Shown piece by piece: positions 1 to 9,836 of a stretch of 63,753 nt of DNA. Position numbers and translations under genes: made by a program. The stretch covers positions 1 through 63,753 of the IMG/VR virus record IMGVR_UViG_3300032236_000438; one strand, given 5' to 3'. The DNA comes from a virus (taxonomy: Duplodnaviria > Caudoviricetes). Position 1 is the stretch's first letter. Each line of letters opens with the position of its first letter. Under the pieces are notes generated by a model, which saw only the letters and a program-made list of their open reading frames with translations, was not told where the DNA came from and searched no databases.

Positions 1-609
1 ATTAATGAGCTTGCTCTGCGTACCTTGGCACTAAAAGAGCCACAAGAGTTTATTTATGACCCTAATACTGATGGCCCAATCAAGGACGGTCAGTTAACTC
101 AGCTTGATTTAGCTGACCCTATTACCTACAAGAGTTATGCTCAATTCCCACAGCCACTTCCTCTTGACAAGCTCATTGTTCTTAATGAGATTCAAACCAA
201 GCTTGGAATGGGCCTTGAGTCTAAAGAAGGCGCATTGCGTCAGCTTGGCGAAGAGTTCCCAGAAGAGAAGCTACAAGAGATTCGTGACGAACTCAAGCAA
301 GACAAGATTGCTGATGGAGCTCTTGAACTTCTACAGATTCAGATTCAAAAGCAGATTATGGATATGACTGGCATGATGCCTGGTCCAGATGGCGCTTCTG
401 CAGTTCCTCTTACTCCTACACCTCTAGGTGATGGAGACGTCCTTGGTGACGGAATGGAAGGACCACAAACTCCAGAGAACGCAGCCAACCCTGCTACACA
501 AGAAGCTCAAGCCGAAAACATGATGGCTGAAGCAGATATAAGAAACAAGCTTGTCACTGAAGCCTATGGAACAAAGATTCCACAAAGGAGAACAGTAGAC
601 AAGGAATAA
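1..609 (+). CDS. Portal protein, C-terminal part (5'-truncated)
   Basis: Frame is open from base 1 and lies directly upstream of scaffold and capsid genes. 'FPQPLP.DKL...LGLESKEGALRQLGEE' resembles a portal crown followed by an acidic tail. Confidence 0.7.
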   Translation: MNELALRTLALKEPQEFIYDPNTDGPIKDGQLTQLDLADPITYKSYAQFPQPLPLDKLIVLNEIQTKLGMGLESKEGALRQLGEEFPEEKLQEIRDELKQDKIADGALELLQIQIQKQIMDMTGMMPGPDGASAVPLTPTPLGDGDVLGDGMEGPQTPENAANPATQEAQAENMMAEADIRNKLVTEAYGTKIPQRRTVDKE

Positions 610-727
610 AAATACTTACCCATATAGCCAGACATTTCTTACCATTTAAGATGAAATTGTCTTGTTAAACCCTCGTGATACGCCGCAAGGCATTCGGACA
701 ACGACCCAAGAAAGATAAGTGACCTAA

Positions 728-1489
728 ATGGCCGATAATCAAGAAGTAATGGACGCAATTGCAGAGACAACAATCGCTGCAGTCCAAGGAAACACGGAGG
801 CAACCATGCCTGGATTTACTGCAGACGACCTTGCAAAAGCTCGTGCTCAGGAAAAGGCAAAGTTGTATCCACAGATTGAAAAGATGCAGGAAGAACTTGC
901 AAAAGCAAAAGCTATTGCAGAAGACCTTGCTGCTAAAGATGCAGCACGTGAAGCTAAGCGCCAAGAAAAGCTTGCAGAACGTGATGCAAAAAAGAAAGAC
1001 AAAGAAGAAAAAGAACTTTCATTCAAGGAACTCCTTTCTAAGAAGGAGCAAGAATTTCAGGCTCAACTAGAGGCTGAACGTCTTGAGAGAGAACGTGCAT
1101 TTGCACTCCTTGATACGGAACGCAAGTTCCAAGATTTGATGAGTTACCGTGCACAACGAATTGAAGAAGAGCGTGACAGCATTGTCCCTCAGCTCATTGA
1201 CTTGGTAAACGGAAGCTCAGAAGAAGAGATTGAACAGAGCATTGAAACGTTGAAGGCTAAGTCTGCAGGAATCATGCAGGACGTTCAGCAAGCAACAGCC
1301 AATGCAAAGCAATCAATGGCAGGCACTCGCATTACAGCGCCTGCATCAGGACCCCTGGATAATGACTCGGAACACAACCCGTTACAGATTGACCCTACAA
1401 AGGGCATTTCTATGGATGAATACATCAAGAACCGCCAAAAGTATTTAGGCGCAGCTGCAAACAACCGTGGTCAGGGACTGTTCGGTTAA
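728..1489 (+). CDS. Capsid scaffolding protein
   Basis: Charged coiled-coil (E/K/A-rich) with C-terminal 'ISMDEYIKNRQK', located between portal and capsid genes. Confidence 0.8.
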   Translation: MADNQEVMDAIAETTIAAVQGNTEATMPGFTADDLAKARAQEKAKLYPQIEKMQEELAKAKAIAEDLAAKDAAREAKRQEKLAERDAKKKDKEEKELSFKELLSKKEQEFQAQLEAERLERERAFALLDTERKFQDLMSYRAQRIEEERDSIVPQLIDLVNGSSEEEIEQSIETLKAKSAGIMQDVQQATANAKQSMAGTRITAPASGPLDNDSEHNPLQIDPTKGISMDEYIKNRQKYLGAAANNRGQGLFG

Positions 1490-1526
1490 TCCCCTCCAAC
1501 TAACAACAGAAAGGACTTGACCCCAA

Positions 1527-2660
1527 ATGGCAGGTTCAGCAATTACAGGTTCATCGCAACTCGCAGGTGCACCAACAGCTTATTCAGGTGCTAACAGCTC
1601 CTTGAACCAAGCAATCCAGACAATCTGGTCCAAGGAAATCTTGTTCCAGGCAATGCCAATTCTTCGTTTTGAACAGTTCGCTGTTAAGAAGACAGAGCTC
1701 GGTGTAGCTCCTGGTCTCCGTGTGAACTTCCTTCGTTACAAGAACTTCGCAGTAGACCCAACACCTCTTACAGAAGGTGTCCGTATGACAACCAACGCTC
1801 TCACAGCAGAGCAGATTGCAATCACAGTTGCAGAACACGGTTACGCAGTAGCTGTTTCTGAACTTCTTTTGAATGCATCATTTGATGACGTTATGGCTTC
1901 AGCTTCACGTCTTCTTGGTCGTCACATGGCACAGTACCTTGACGTACAGGCTCGTAACACACTCTCAGCTGCAACATCAGCTGTCTTTGGTTATGACCGC
2001 TCAGCGCTTCAGGGCGTAAACAACTGGTACGACGAGGGAACTGCTGCACAGCAAATCTCTGACCTTGACGGTGCGTACAAGCTCACAACAGGTGCAATCA
2101 AGGATGCTGCTCTTACCCTTGCTGGTAAGAACATCCCACGCTTGGGTGAGACCTATGTACAGTTCGTACACCCTAAGCAGTCTCGTGACCTCCGCTCTAA
2201 CCCAGAGTTCATTGAAGTCACAAAGTACGCTGCTCCAGGTAACTTCATGCTCGGTGAAATCGGTCGTTTGTACGACGTAGTCTTCATTGAGACAACACAG
2301 GTTAAGCAGCTTTCTGCTAACGCTGGCTACACAACCTCTTCACTCGTTGGTGCTCCAGCTAACCAGGGTTCAATCTCTGATGTAAAGGCTAACACCTCAC
2401 CAGGTAACGGTGGAAACCCAGAGTCAGCTGACTACACAGCTGAAAAGGGTTACCTCACAAACGCTACCGGTAACAATGCAACTGTTTACGAATCAATCAT
2501 GATTGGTGACAATGCATTTGGTCACGCTATCTCCCTTCCAGTTGAACTCCGTGATGGTGGCGTTCTTGACTTCGGTCGTGAACACGCTCTTGCATGGTAC
2601 GCAATCTGGGGTCTTGGAGTTATCACAGACCAGGCTATCGTCAAGGTTTACACAAACTAA
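1527..2660 (+). CDS. Major capsid protein (N4-gp56-like, HK97 fold)
   Basis: 377 aa; motifs 'RFEQFA..K', 'PLTEGV', 'VHPKQSRDL', 'GEIGRL..V.F.ET', 'DFGREH.LAWY'; SD AAGGA; strongly biased codon use. Confidence 0.9.
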   Translation: MAGSAITGSSQLAGAPTAYSGANSSLNQAIQTIWSKEILFQAMPILRFEQFAVKKTELGVAPGLRVNFLRYKNFAVDPTPLTEGVRMTTNALTAEQIAITVAEHGYAVAVSELLLNASFDDVMASASRLLGRHMAQYLDVQARNTLSAATSAVFGYDRSALQGVNNWYDEGTAAQQISDLDGAYKLTTGAIKDAALTLAGKNIPRLGETYVQFVHPKQSRDLRSNPEFIEVTKYAAPGNFMLGEIGRLYDVVFIETTQVKQLSANAGYTTSSLVGAPANQGSISDVKANTSPGNGGNPESADYTAEKGYLTNATGNNATVYESIMIGDNAFGHAISLPVELRDGGVLDFGREHALAWYAIWGLGVITDQAIVKVYTN

Positions 2661-2672
2661 GACATCTGAATA

Positions 2673-2703
2673 CTGTGGCCCCTACTCCTTCCTGGGGCCA
2701 CAG
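2673..2703 (+). terminator. Stem-loop after the capsid gene (weak terminator or mRNA stabiliser)
   Basis: CTGTGGCCCC-N11-GGGGCCACAG, perfect 10-bp stem, poor U-tract. Confidence 0.6.
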
Positions 2704-2743
2704 CCTTCAATCTTTAACTAACTAACTTAGGAGAATTATCACC

Positions 2744-3115
2744 GTGGCAAACACACCAACAAGTCCGCTTGACGCAACAGGCCGTGCAGCGGAAACAGCA
2801 GCAAAGAAAAACGCAAAAGCAATTCAAGACCGCAAAGATGAGATTTCAATTGCGGCACAAGTTGAGGCAGAGAATCTGGAAAATAACGTCTTTGACCCAA
2901 AGCGCCCAGACACTCCACTCGTTCTAGATGAGATTGAAAACGTCGGAGTAACAACGGCAAATGACACAGTCATTATCCGTACGATTACAGATGTTGAAGA
3001 TATGACTTACGGAGTTGGAAATCACTACACCTTTAAGGCTGGAGTGAAATACCGAGTCCCATCACATCTTGCTAATTACCTAGAGCAACTCGGATACATT
3101 TGGCGTCCTAACTAA
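2744..3115 (+). CDS. Hypothetical head-associated protein
   Basis: GTG start with SD AGGAG, directly after the capsid gene. Confidence 0.55.
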   Translation: MANTPTSPLDATGRAAETAAKKNAKAIQDRKDEISIAAQVEAENLENNVFDPKRPDTPLVLDEIENVGVTTANDTVIIRTITDVEDMTYGVGNHYTFKAGVKYRVPSHLANYLEQLGYIWRPN

Positions 3116-3128
3116 GACGTCGCTAGTA

Positions 3129-3183
3129 GTCCAACCTCAACTGGTTCCCGCCCTCCTCCCAGTTGGGGTTGGACCTTTTTTAT
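3129..3183 (+). terminator. Rho-independent terminator
   Basis: GTCCAACCTCAACTGG-N14-CCAGTTGGGGTTGGAC (16 bp, one G-U) followed by CTTTTTTAT. Confidence 0.85.
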
Positions 3184-3229
3184 CGGAGCATATTTGAGAT
3201 GATTGCACCACATAGTTTTCGGAGGTTCC

Positions 3230-4279
3230 GTGGCAACATTAAGTAGCCTTGCAGACCGTTTGAGGTTTGAAATTGGCGATACAGGTAAATCCTTCGTCCA
3301 TCAGGCTTTAGGTGACGGAACTACAAACCGCTTTTTGATTCCTTACGCTCCAGTAGATGGCGCTAGCCTTCTGGTCTATGTAAACGGCGCAAACGTATCC
3401 GATGCTGTTACTGTAGAAGAACTTACCGGTTATGTGATTTTTGACCATAGTCCTGCAGCAAATGCTGTAGTAATTTTTTCCGGCACTTACTATCGCTACT
3501 TTGTAGATAGCGAAATCTGCCAGTTCATTGATACAGCTTTAGGGCAACACATCGCTAACCACGCTGATGCGTATGGTCGTGGTTACACACTTGCAACTCT
3601 TCCTGGACTTGAAGAATACCCAGTAGTTATTTACGCATCAACCTTGGCGCTCTACACACTAGCCACAGATGCTTCCTTTGACATTGACATCACTGCTCCT
3701 GATGGCGTAGTTATTCCTCGTACAGAGCGTTATCGCCAGCTCATGCAGATGGTTCAAACTCGCAAAGACCAGTACAAAGAAATGTGTTCTCTTCTTGGAA
3801 TCGGTCTTTATAAGATTGACGTCTTTACATTGCGACGTACGTCTAAGACAACAAATCGTTACGTACCAGTTTATCTTCCACAAGAAGTTGAAGACCGCTC
3901 TATGCCACAACGTGCAATTCTCTCTATGCCAAGTTACGGCAGCGCAATTTCTCCTTCAGATGTACCAACATACGATTTGACTATGTACCAAGGCGATTCC
4001 TTCACTGTAGAACTTGACTTTCCGTTTGATATCAGTGGTTACAACTTTAGTTCACAGATTCGTTTGCAACCTGGAGACCCAACTATTGTTGGCACATTCA
4101 CAATCACACCAGTAGATGGAAACAACCAAAAGCTTACGCTCTCACTCACTAGTGACCAAACAACCATCATTCCAGAACGCACTTACTGGGATATTCAAGC
4201 AACCTCGGATTCTGACCCAACCTACCAAAAGACATATATGCGTGGCGCTGTATTCAACACTCGTGAGGTGACAATGTGA
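3230..4279 (+). CDS. Head-tail adaptor/neck protein with C-terminal Ig/BppU-like domain
   Basis: GTG at 3230 after GGAGG; N-terminal 'LADRLRFEIGD'; C-terminal 'DLTMYQGDSF...SQIR...WDIQ' BppU-like pattern. Confidence 0.55.
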   Translation: MATLSSLADRLRFEIGDTGKSFVHQALGDGTTNRFLIPYAPVDGASLLVYVNGANVSDAVTVEELTGYVIFDHSPAANAVVIFSGTYYRYFVDSEICQFIDTALGQHIANHADAYGRGYTLATLPGLEEYPVVIYASTLALYTLATDASFDIDITAPDGVVIPRTERYRQLMQMVQTRKDQYKEMCSLLGIGLYKIDVFTLRRTSKTTNRYVPVYLPQEVEDRSMPQRAILSMPSYGSAISPSDVPTYDLTMYQGDSFTVELDFPFDISGYNFSSQIRLQPGDPTIVGTFTITPVDGNNQKLTLSLTSDQTTIIPERTYWDIQATSDSDPTYQKTYMRGAVFNTREVTM

Positions 4280-4680
4280 CAACGTGCAATTGTCAAAGCA
4301 CGTGCTCATGTGGAACACAGGCAGTTACTGTTCAGGTAGCTAGCCCAACTGTTATCAACGTTGTTACCCCTGGTACTCAGTCAACTCAATCAACAGTTGT
4401 TGTAAAGCCTGGTCAAGGCGGTTCTCGTGGTCCACAGGGTCTGCAAGGAACGCAAGGTATTCAAGGATTACAAGGACTCACTCGTGAAGTTGCCTATCGC
4501 CATAGCCAAAGTACACCAAATGTCACATGGAGAATCACACATAACCTTAATTTTTACCCAAACGTCACTACAATGGACTCTACTGGTGCAATTTGCGAAG
4601 GCGAAATCGTGTATACAAATCCGAACTATTTGGAAATAACATTTTTAGCAGCGTTCAGCGGCGTTGCGTACTTGTCATAA
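4276..4680 (+). CDS. Small fibre/decoration protein with a short collagen segment
   Basis: Cys-rich N-terminus, GxQ triplets, C-terminal 'WRITHNLNFYPNVT...AYLS' module. Confidence 0.6.
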   Translation: MTTCNCQSTCSCGTQAVTVQVASPTVINVVTPGTQSTQSTVVVKPGQGGSRGPQGLQGTQGIQGLQGLTREVAYRHSQSTPNVTWRITHNLNFYPNVTTMDSTGAICEGEIVYTNPNYLEITFLAAFSGVAYLS

Positions 4681-4686
4681 GGAGAC

Positions 4687-6723
4687 ATGATGGCCCGTAA
4701 ATTTTTTACACCAATAAGTTTAACTGGACTTGAATTACAAAACTTCAAGATTCAAAATCTTCCAGATAATCCAGCTCCATATGGTGCAGGACACTCTTAC
4801 TACAACACTGTTGCTAAAGAGCTTCGCATTTATGATGGTACTAACTGGGTACCAGTTGGCGGTTCAATTGAGTACGGCACGTATGCTGCTCTTCCTGCTG
4901 CAGGTAACAATGGTCGTGTTTACGCTACAACAGACACACAGACCCTTTACTTAGATTACTCTGGTTCTTGGTTACAAATTGGCGCTTCAGGAAGTGCTAC
5001 TTATGTTAACTCTGTAAATGGTACTTCTAATCAAATTTCTGTTAACCAAACAACTGGTGATGTAACCGTAAGCCTTCCTTCATACATTGATGTCCCTAAC
5101 GGTGAACTCCATATTCGTAAAACCGAGTATTGGAGAGACAGCAGCCAATATGGAATTATTGCAGCAAACCCAGGTAACTCTGGAGAATTTGCAATTGTTG
5201 CAATTAATCAACTTGCTTTAGAAGCAAACAACGGTGACATTAACATTGAGCCATCTACAAAGACTACGGTTTTTGGTGGAGAACTTTTTGTAACAACCGC
5301 ATCAGGAGAACAGACCATTGGCACTTACGATGGGCCACTGGTTCTTCAAGCAGATAATGGAATAATCACTGCTCGTAACCAAGAAATCCACGCTCGTAAG
5401 ACAGAGTACTGGTACGGTGGAGATGCTTCTGGTACTCAAGAAGGTGTTATTGCCGCTCTATCAAGCGGAGAATTTACTGTGGTTGCTACAACTGGCAACC
5501 TTGGTCTTGAGTCCAACAATGGAAACATCACTCTTGCTGCAGACGGACATGTAGAATCACAGTCTAACTTCCAGACAAACTCTGGTTACAACATTACATC
5601 AGGCAATAACCTTTATGTAAAGAACGGCGTTTATGTCGGAGGTTCTGACACATCTACAGATGGTTACCTTTACATCAAGGATGCTGCTGGTAACAACCTT
5701 ATTGCCCTTAGCGGTACTTCTGGTTCTGGAGTCATTGAAACACATGGAATTGTAAACCTTTACCGTGGATACGGTGACGGTGGAACTGAATACGGTCAGT
5801 TCTTTAGCGATGGTGACAACAACCTCATCATCAATGCCTATGATAACAACCTTATTCTTCAAGCTGACTCTAGTCGTGCATACATTGGCTCTGTTACTGA
5901 CGGCAACAGAGTTGCAACAATGTCAGATGTCAACGCTGCAGCACAAGGGCTTTACGTTCTTGGCTCAGTTCGTACTGCAACTGGTTCAAACATTGACATT
6001 ACTGCAAATGCTTCTACCCCAATCAGTGGCGTTACCCTCGTAAACGGTGACCGTGTTCTTGTTAAGTCCCAAACAATTGCAACTGAAAACGGAATTTATA
6101 TCTATAGTTCTGCATCTCAGACACTTGTCCCATCTACAAATGCTGTGGATGCAGATATTAAAGAAGGCTCTTACACTCTTGTAGAAGAAGGAACCTATGC
6201 TGCTCAAGGTTGGATTGTTACAGCATTTACTGCTGGAGCATCTACTTGGACACAGTTCTCAGCTGCTGGTGAATACACCGCAGGTAACGGAATCTCAATT
6301 GATGGTGGTTCTATCTCCGTCAAGCTTGACTCAGATAGTCTTTCAGAGTCAGGTTCTGGCTTAAAAGTACACCTTTATCCAACAGGTGGTTTAGATAACG
6401 ACAATGGTCTTTATGTAAAAACTGCTAACGGCATAAGAGTTGACAATAGCGGATACGTAACAATTGATACTGCTATTGTGGCACGACGTTACGCTTCTAC
6501 TATTACTCCTGTCACACCGTTTACAGCTACTGACTTTACATTCAACCATGGTTTGGGAACAGATGTAATTGTTCAAGTATGGGATACCTACTCAAATGGT
6601 GGAGCAAATCAACTAGTTGATGTTGATTACTACAATATCACTGCTGACGGTGGAACAACAGTTGTTGAGTTTGCTGTACCACCAACTGATGGTCAGGTAT
6701 ATCGTGTAGTGGTGGTTGGCTAA
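4687..6723 (+). CDS. Virion fibre protein
   Basis: 678 aa, G/T/S/N-rich with beta-repeats; 'GDRVLVKSQT..TENGIY' fibre domain; C-terminal 'HGLGTDVIVQV'. Confidence 0.7.
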   Translation: MMARKFFTPISLTGLELQNFKIQNLPDNPAPYGAGHSYYNTVAKELRIYDGTNWVPVGGSIEYGTYAALPAAGNNGRVYATTDTQTLYLDYSGSWLQIGASGSATYVNSVNGTSNQISVNQTTGDVTVSLPSYIDVPNGELHIRKTEYWRDSSQYGIIAANPGNSGEFAIVAINQLALEANNGDINIEPSTKTTVFGGELFVTTASGEQTIGTYDGPLVLQADNGIITARNQEIHARKTEYWYGGDASGTQEGVIAALSSGEFTVVATTGNLGLESNNGNITLAADGHVESQSNFQTNSGYNITSGNNLYVKNGVYVGGSDTSTDGYLYIKDAAGNNLIALSGTSGSGVIETHGIVNLYRGYGDGGTEYGQFFSDGDNNLIINAYDNNLILQADSSRAYIGSVTDGNRVATMSDVNAAAQGLYVLGSVRTATGSNIDITANASTPISGVTLVNGDRVLVKSQTIATENGIYIYSSASQTLVPSTNAVDADIKEGSYTLVEEGTYAAQGWIVTAFTAGASTWTQFSAAGEYTAGNGISIDGGSISVKLDSDSLSESGSGLKVHLYPTGGLDNDNGLYVKTANGIRVDNSGYVTIDTAIVARRYASTITPVTPFTATDFTFNHGLGTDVIVQVWDTYSNGGANQLVDVDYYNITADGGTTVVEFAVPPTDGQVYRVVVVG

Positions 6724-6742
6724 GAACTAGTAAAGGGCGTAC

Positions 6743-9700
6743 ATGAGCCGTAGGTTTTTAACACCGCTTAACGTACTGCATTTGGCGACTCCGCCTAGCA
6801 GTCCGTCTATTGGCGATGTCTATTTTAATACTGCGGATAAAATCCTCTATACATGGGACGGCACTCATTGGGTTAGTGCGGGAACACAGGGTGCTCAAGG
6901 AACTACAGGTCCACAGGGTCTACAAGGAATTCACGGAACACAGGGTGCTACAGGCACACAAGGTGCAGTAGGAACTCAAGGAGCAATAGGTTACACAGGC
7001 TCACAAGGAACCACAGGTTCTACTGGCTCACAGGGCGCTACTGGTTCCCAAGGTATCCAAGGAATTGTTGGACCACAAGGAAATGTTGGTTCTCAAGGAA
7101 CAACTGGTATACAGGGAATTCAAGGATATACAGGAGCACAGGGTGCTACTGGAAATACAGGAACGCAAGGCGCTACTGGTACACAGGGTTCAACAGGAAC
7201 AACAGGTTCTCAAGGAACGACTGGAAGTCAGGGTACGACTGGTGCTCAAGGTAATACTGGCTCCCAAGGAACTACAGGAACACAGGGTTCAACTGGTAGC
7301 CAAGGAACTCAGGGTACAGTAGGTTCACAAGGAGCAACTGGCACGCAAGGAACTATTGGTGATACTGGCTCCCAAGGAGTTCAGGGCTACACAGGAACTA
7401 AGGGCGATACAGGTTCTCAAGGAACACAAGGTTCAACAGGCACACAAGGAACCACTGGTTCACAAGGCCTACAAGGAACCACAGGCAGCCAAGGAACAAC
7501 GGGCAGTCAAGGTACGACTGGTAACACTGGTTCTCAAGGTGTTCAAGGATTTACTGGTGCTCAGGGTAATACTGGCTCTACGGGTTCCCAAGGAACTACA
7601 GGTAACCAGGGAGTTCAAGGATATAACGGTACTCAAGGAACTATTGGCTCTCAGGGTATCCAAGGAACCACAGGCTCTCAAGGTGTTCAGGGAATCCAAG
7701 GAACACAAGGAACAATTGGTAGCCAAGGAACTACGGGTAACCAAGGTACACAAGGAGTTCAAGGTGTACAGGGAACCACTGGCTCTCAAGGAGTTCAAGG
7801 TACCCAAGGCATTCAAGGTATCCAAGGAGCAGTCGGCCCTGTCTCCTCTCAGAACGCACACCAATCAGTAGAGGCTGTACAAACAACGCCTCTTGGTAAC
7901 GGCGCTACTTACTATGCTGGCTCTGCTGATGCTAGCAACGGTACTGGTGTTGGCGCATACATCATCGCCACATTTAATGGGACTCTTTCTATTGACGGCT
8001 ACACCACTCCAAACATGGCAGTTGGTGACCGTGTCCTTATTGCTGGACAAACAACTCAAGCGCAAAATGGTATCTACACCGTAACGCAAACAGGTAGCGT
8101 CTCTACAAAGTGGAAACTTACTCGTGCTACAGATGCTGATAACCATGTTGCTGCACAAGTTGAGGAAGGCGATTATGTCTTTGTAACCGATGGAACTGTA
8201 TATGGTAAGACCGCATGGCTTATGTATGCCAACGGCTCTAACTCAGATGGCTCTATCCGTATCGGTACTGACGCTATCCAATGGACACAGGCTAGTGGTG
8301 TAGGAGCACAGGGTGCTACTGGTGCTCAAGGTGCTGGTGGAACAGTTGCTTATTGGGGTTCTTTCTGGAGTACAGACACTCAAACAACTGCAAGTTCTTC
8401 TGCAACTACCCCAGTAACCTTTAACAATACAGACTCTAACTCTACTGGAATATCGGTAGTCTCTAGTTCAAAGATTACTTTTGCTCATACAGGTACGTAC
8501 AACATTCAATTTTCTGCTCAAGTTCATCAAGCATCTAATGGAAGTCCAACAGTTGATTTTTGGCTAAGAAAAAATAACGTTGATGTACCTGATTCTACTG
8601 GAACTGTAGCACTTTCAAACCAAATGCACTACGCACTTCCAGCGTGGAACTATGTCATGAACTTGACTGCTGGTGATTATGTAGAACTTATTTGGGCAGC
8701 AGATACAACTGCAGTGGAGTTAGTGACTAACGCAGCACAAACTTCTCCACATGTTGCTCCAGAAACTCCGTCTGTAATCCTTACTGCTACACAAGTTGCC
8801 TACGCAATTCAAGGTACACAAGGTCTTCAAGGCACTACAGGAACTCAAGGCACCACAGGTTCTCAAGGAACAACGGGTGCACAAGGCACAACTGGCTCAC
8901 AAGGCACCACTGGTAGTCAAGGTGTTACAGGTTCTCAAGGAACTACGGGAGCCCAGGGCACTCAAGGAACAATTGGTTCACAGGGAGTTCAAGGCACCAC
9001 TGGTTCCCAGGGAACAACTGGTACTCAAGGTTCAACTGGTTCTACTGGTAGTCAGGGAACTACAGGTAACACAGGGGCTCAAGGTGCAATCGGTTCTCAA
9101 GGTGCACAGGGTACAACTGGTAGTCAAGGTGCAATTGGTTCGCAGGGCGCTACTGGTACTCAAGGCACAACTGGAGCGCAAGGAACAACGGGTACACAAG
9201 GTACAACGGGTAGCCAAGGCACAACAGGAAGCCAAGGCACACAGGGCACACAAGGTTCTATTGGTTCAACTGGTGTTCAAGGATTTACTGGAAGTCAAGG
9301 AACTACAGGTTCTCAGGGAACCACAGGTACCCAAGGAGCAATAGGTAGCCAAGGTACTACTGGTTCTCAGGGAACAACTGGAAGTCAAGGAGCCACAGGT
9401 TCTCAAGGCACCACTGGTACTCAAGGTTCTACGGGGTCTCAAGGTACGACTGGTTCTCAAGGCACCACTGGTTCACAGGGTACGACAGGTACAACTGGTG
9501 CACAGGGAACTACCGGCACACAGGGAGCTACGGGTATTCAAGGTTCCACCGGAACTCAGGGAACTACTGGTTCGCAAGGTATTCAGGGTTCTACGGGAAC
9601 GCAAGGTACGACAGGTGCACAAGGTATTCAGGGTCTTCAAGGCGCATCAATTCAAGGCGCCCAAGGAGTATCTGGTGCAACATTTATTGTTGATTACCTG

Positions 9701-9817
9701 GATGGCGGTTCTTCTGCAATAAACCCAGATATAATCTATAACGCAGGAATTTCTTCTAGCAATAGTACGACATGGACTTACACCATTGATGCTGGCGCAT
9801 CAACCGTGAGTTTCTAA
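6743..9817 (+). CDS. Long collagen-like (Gly-X-Y) fibre protein
   Basis: Two Gly-X-Y blocks (about 6881-7840 and 8813-9677) flanking a 'GDRVLIAGQT..QNGIY' domain and a C1q/BclA-C-like beta domain. Confidence 0.85.
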   Translation: MSRRFLTPLNVLHLATPPSSPSIGDVYFNTADKILYTWDGTHWVSAGTQGAQGTTGPQGLQGIHGTQGATGTQGAVGTQGAIGYTGSQGTTGSTGSQGATGSQGIQGIVGPQGNVGSQGTTGIQGIQGYTGAQGATGNTGTQGATGTQGSTGTTGSQGTTGSQGTTGAQGNTGSQGTTGTQGSTGSQGTQGTVGSQGATGTQGTIGDTGSQGVQGYTGTKGDTGSQGTQGSTGTQGTTGSQGLQGTTGSQGTTGSQGTTGNTGSQGVQGFTGAQGNTGSTGSQGTTGNQGVQGYNGTQGTIGSQGIQGTTGSQGVQGIQGTQGTIGSQGTTGNQGTQGVQGVQGTTGSQGVQGTQGIQGIQGAVGPVSSQNAHQSVEAVQTTPLGNGATYYAGSADASNGTGVGAYIIATFNGTLSIDGYTTPNMAVGDRVLIAGQTTQAQNGIYTVTQTGSVSTKWKLTRATDADNHVAAQVEEGDYVFVTDGTVYGKTAWLMYANGSNSDGSIRIGTDAIQWTQASGVGAQGATGAQGAGGTVAYWGSFWSTDTQTTASSSATTPVTFNNTDSNSTGISVVSSSKITFAHTGTYNIQFSAQVHQASNGSPTVDFWLRKNNVDVPDSTGTVALSNQMHYALPAWNYVMNLTAGDYVELIWAADTTAVELVTNAAQTSPHVAPETPSVILTATQVAYAIQGTQGLQGTTGTQGTTGSQGTTGAQGTTGSQGTTGSQGVTGSQGTTGAQGTQGTIGSQGVQGTTGSQGTTGTQGSTGSTGSQGTTGNTGAQGAIGSQGAQGTTGSQGAIGSQGATGTQGTTGAQGTTGTQGTTGSQGTTGSQGTQGTQGSIGSTGVQGFTGSQGTTGSQGTTGTQGAIGSQGTTGSQGTTGSQGATGSQGTTGTQGSTGSQGTTGSQGTTGSQGTTGTTGAQGTTGTQGATGIQGSTGTQGTTGSQGIQGSTGTQGTTGAQGIQGLQGASIQGAQGVSGATFIVDYLDGGSSAINPDIIYNAGISSSNSTTWTYTIDAGASTVSF
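6881..7840 (+). repeat. Collagen-coding degenerate 9/18-bp repeat, block 1
   Basis: About 105 Gly-X-Y triplets, dominated by G-[STA]-Q-G-T-T. Confidence 0.9.
8813..9677 (+). repeat. Collagen-coding degenerate repeat, block 2
   Basis: About 95 Gly-X-Y triplets with the same hexapeptide periodicity. Confidence 0.9.
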
Positions 9818-9836
9818 CTGAAAGAGGTCTAGTTCA

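Noticed and set aside
6881-9677. CRISPR array or satellite DNA
   Set aside because: Repeats are in-frame 9/18-bp units with synonymous variation and no unique spacers; they encode collagen
7065-9722. Alternative-frame and antisense ORFs over the collagen gene
   Set aside because: Shadows of low-complexity codons, with no SD or motif support
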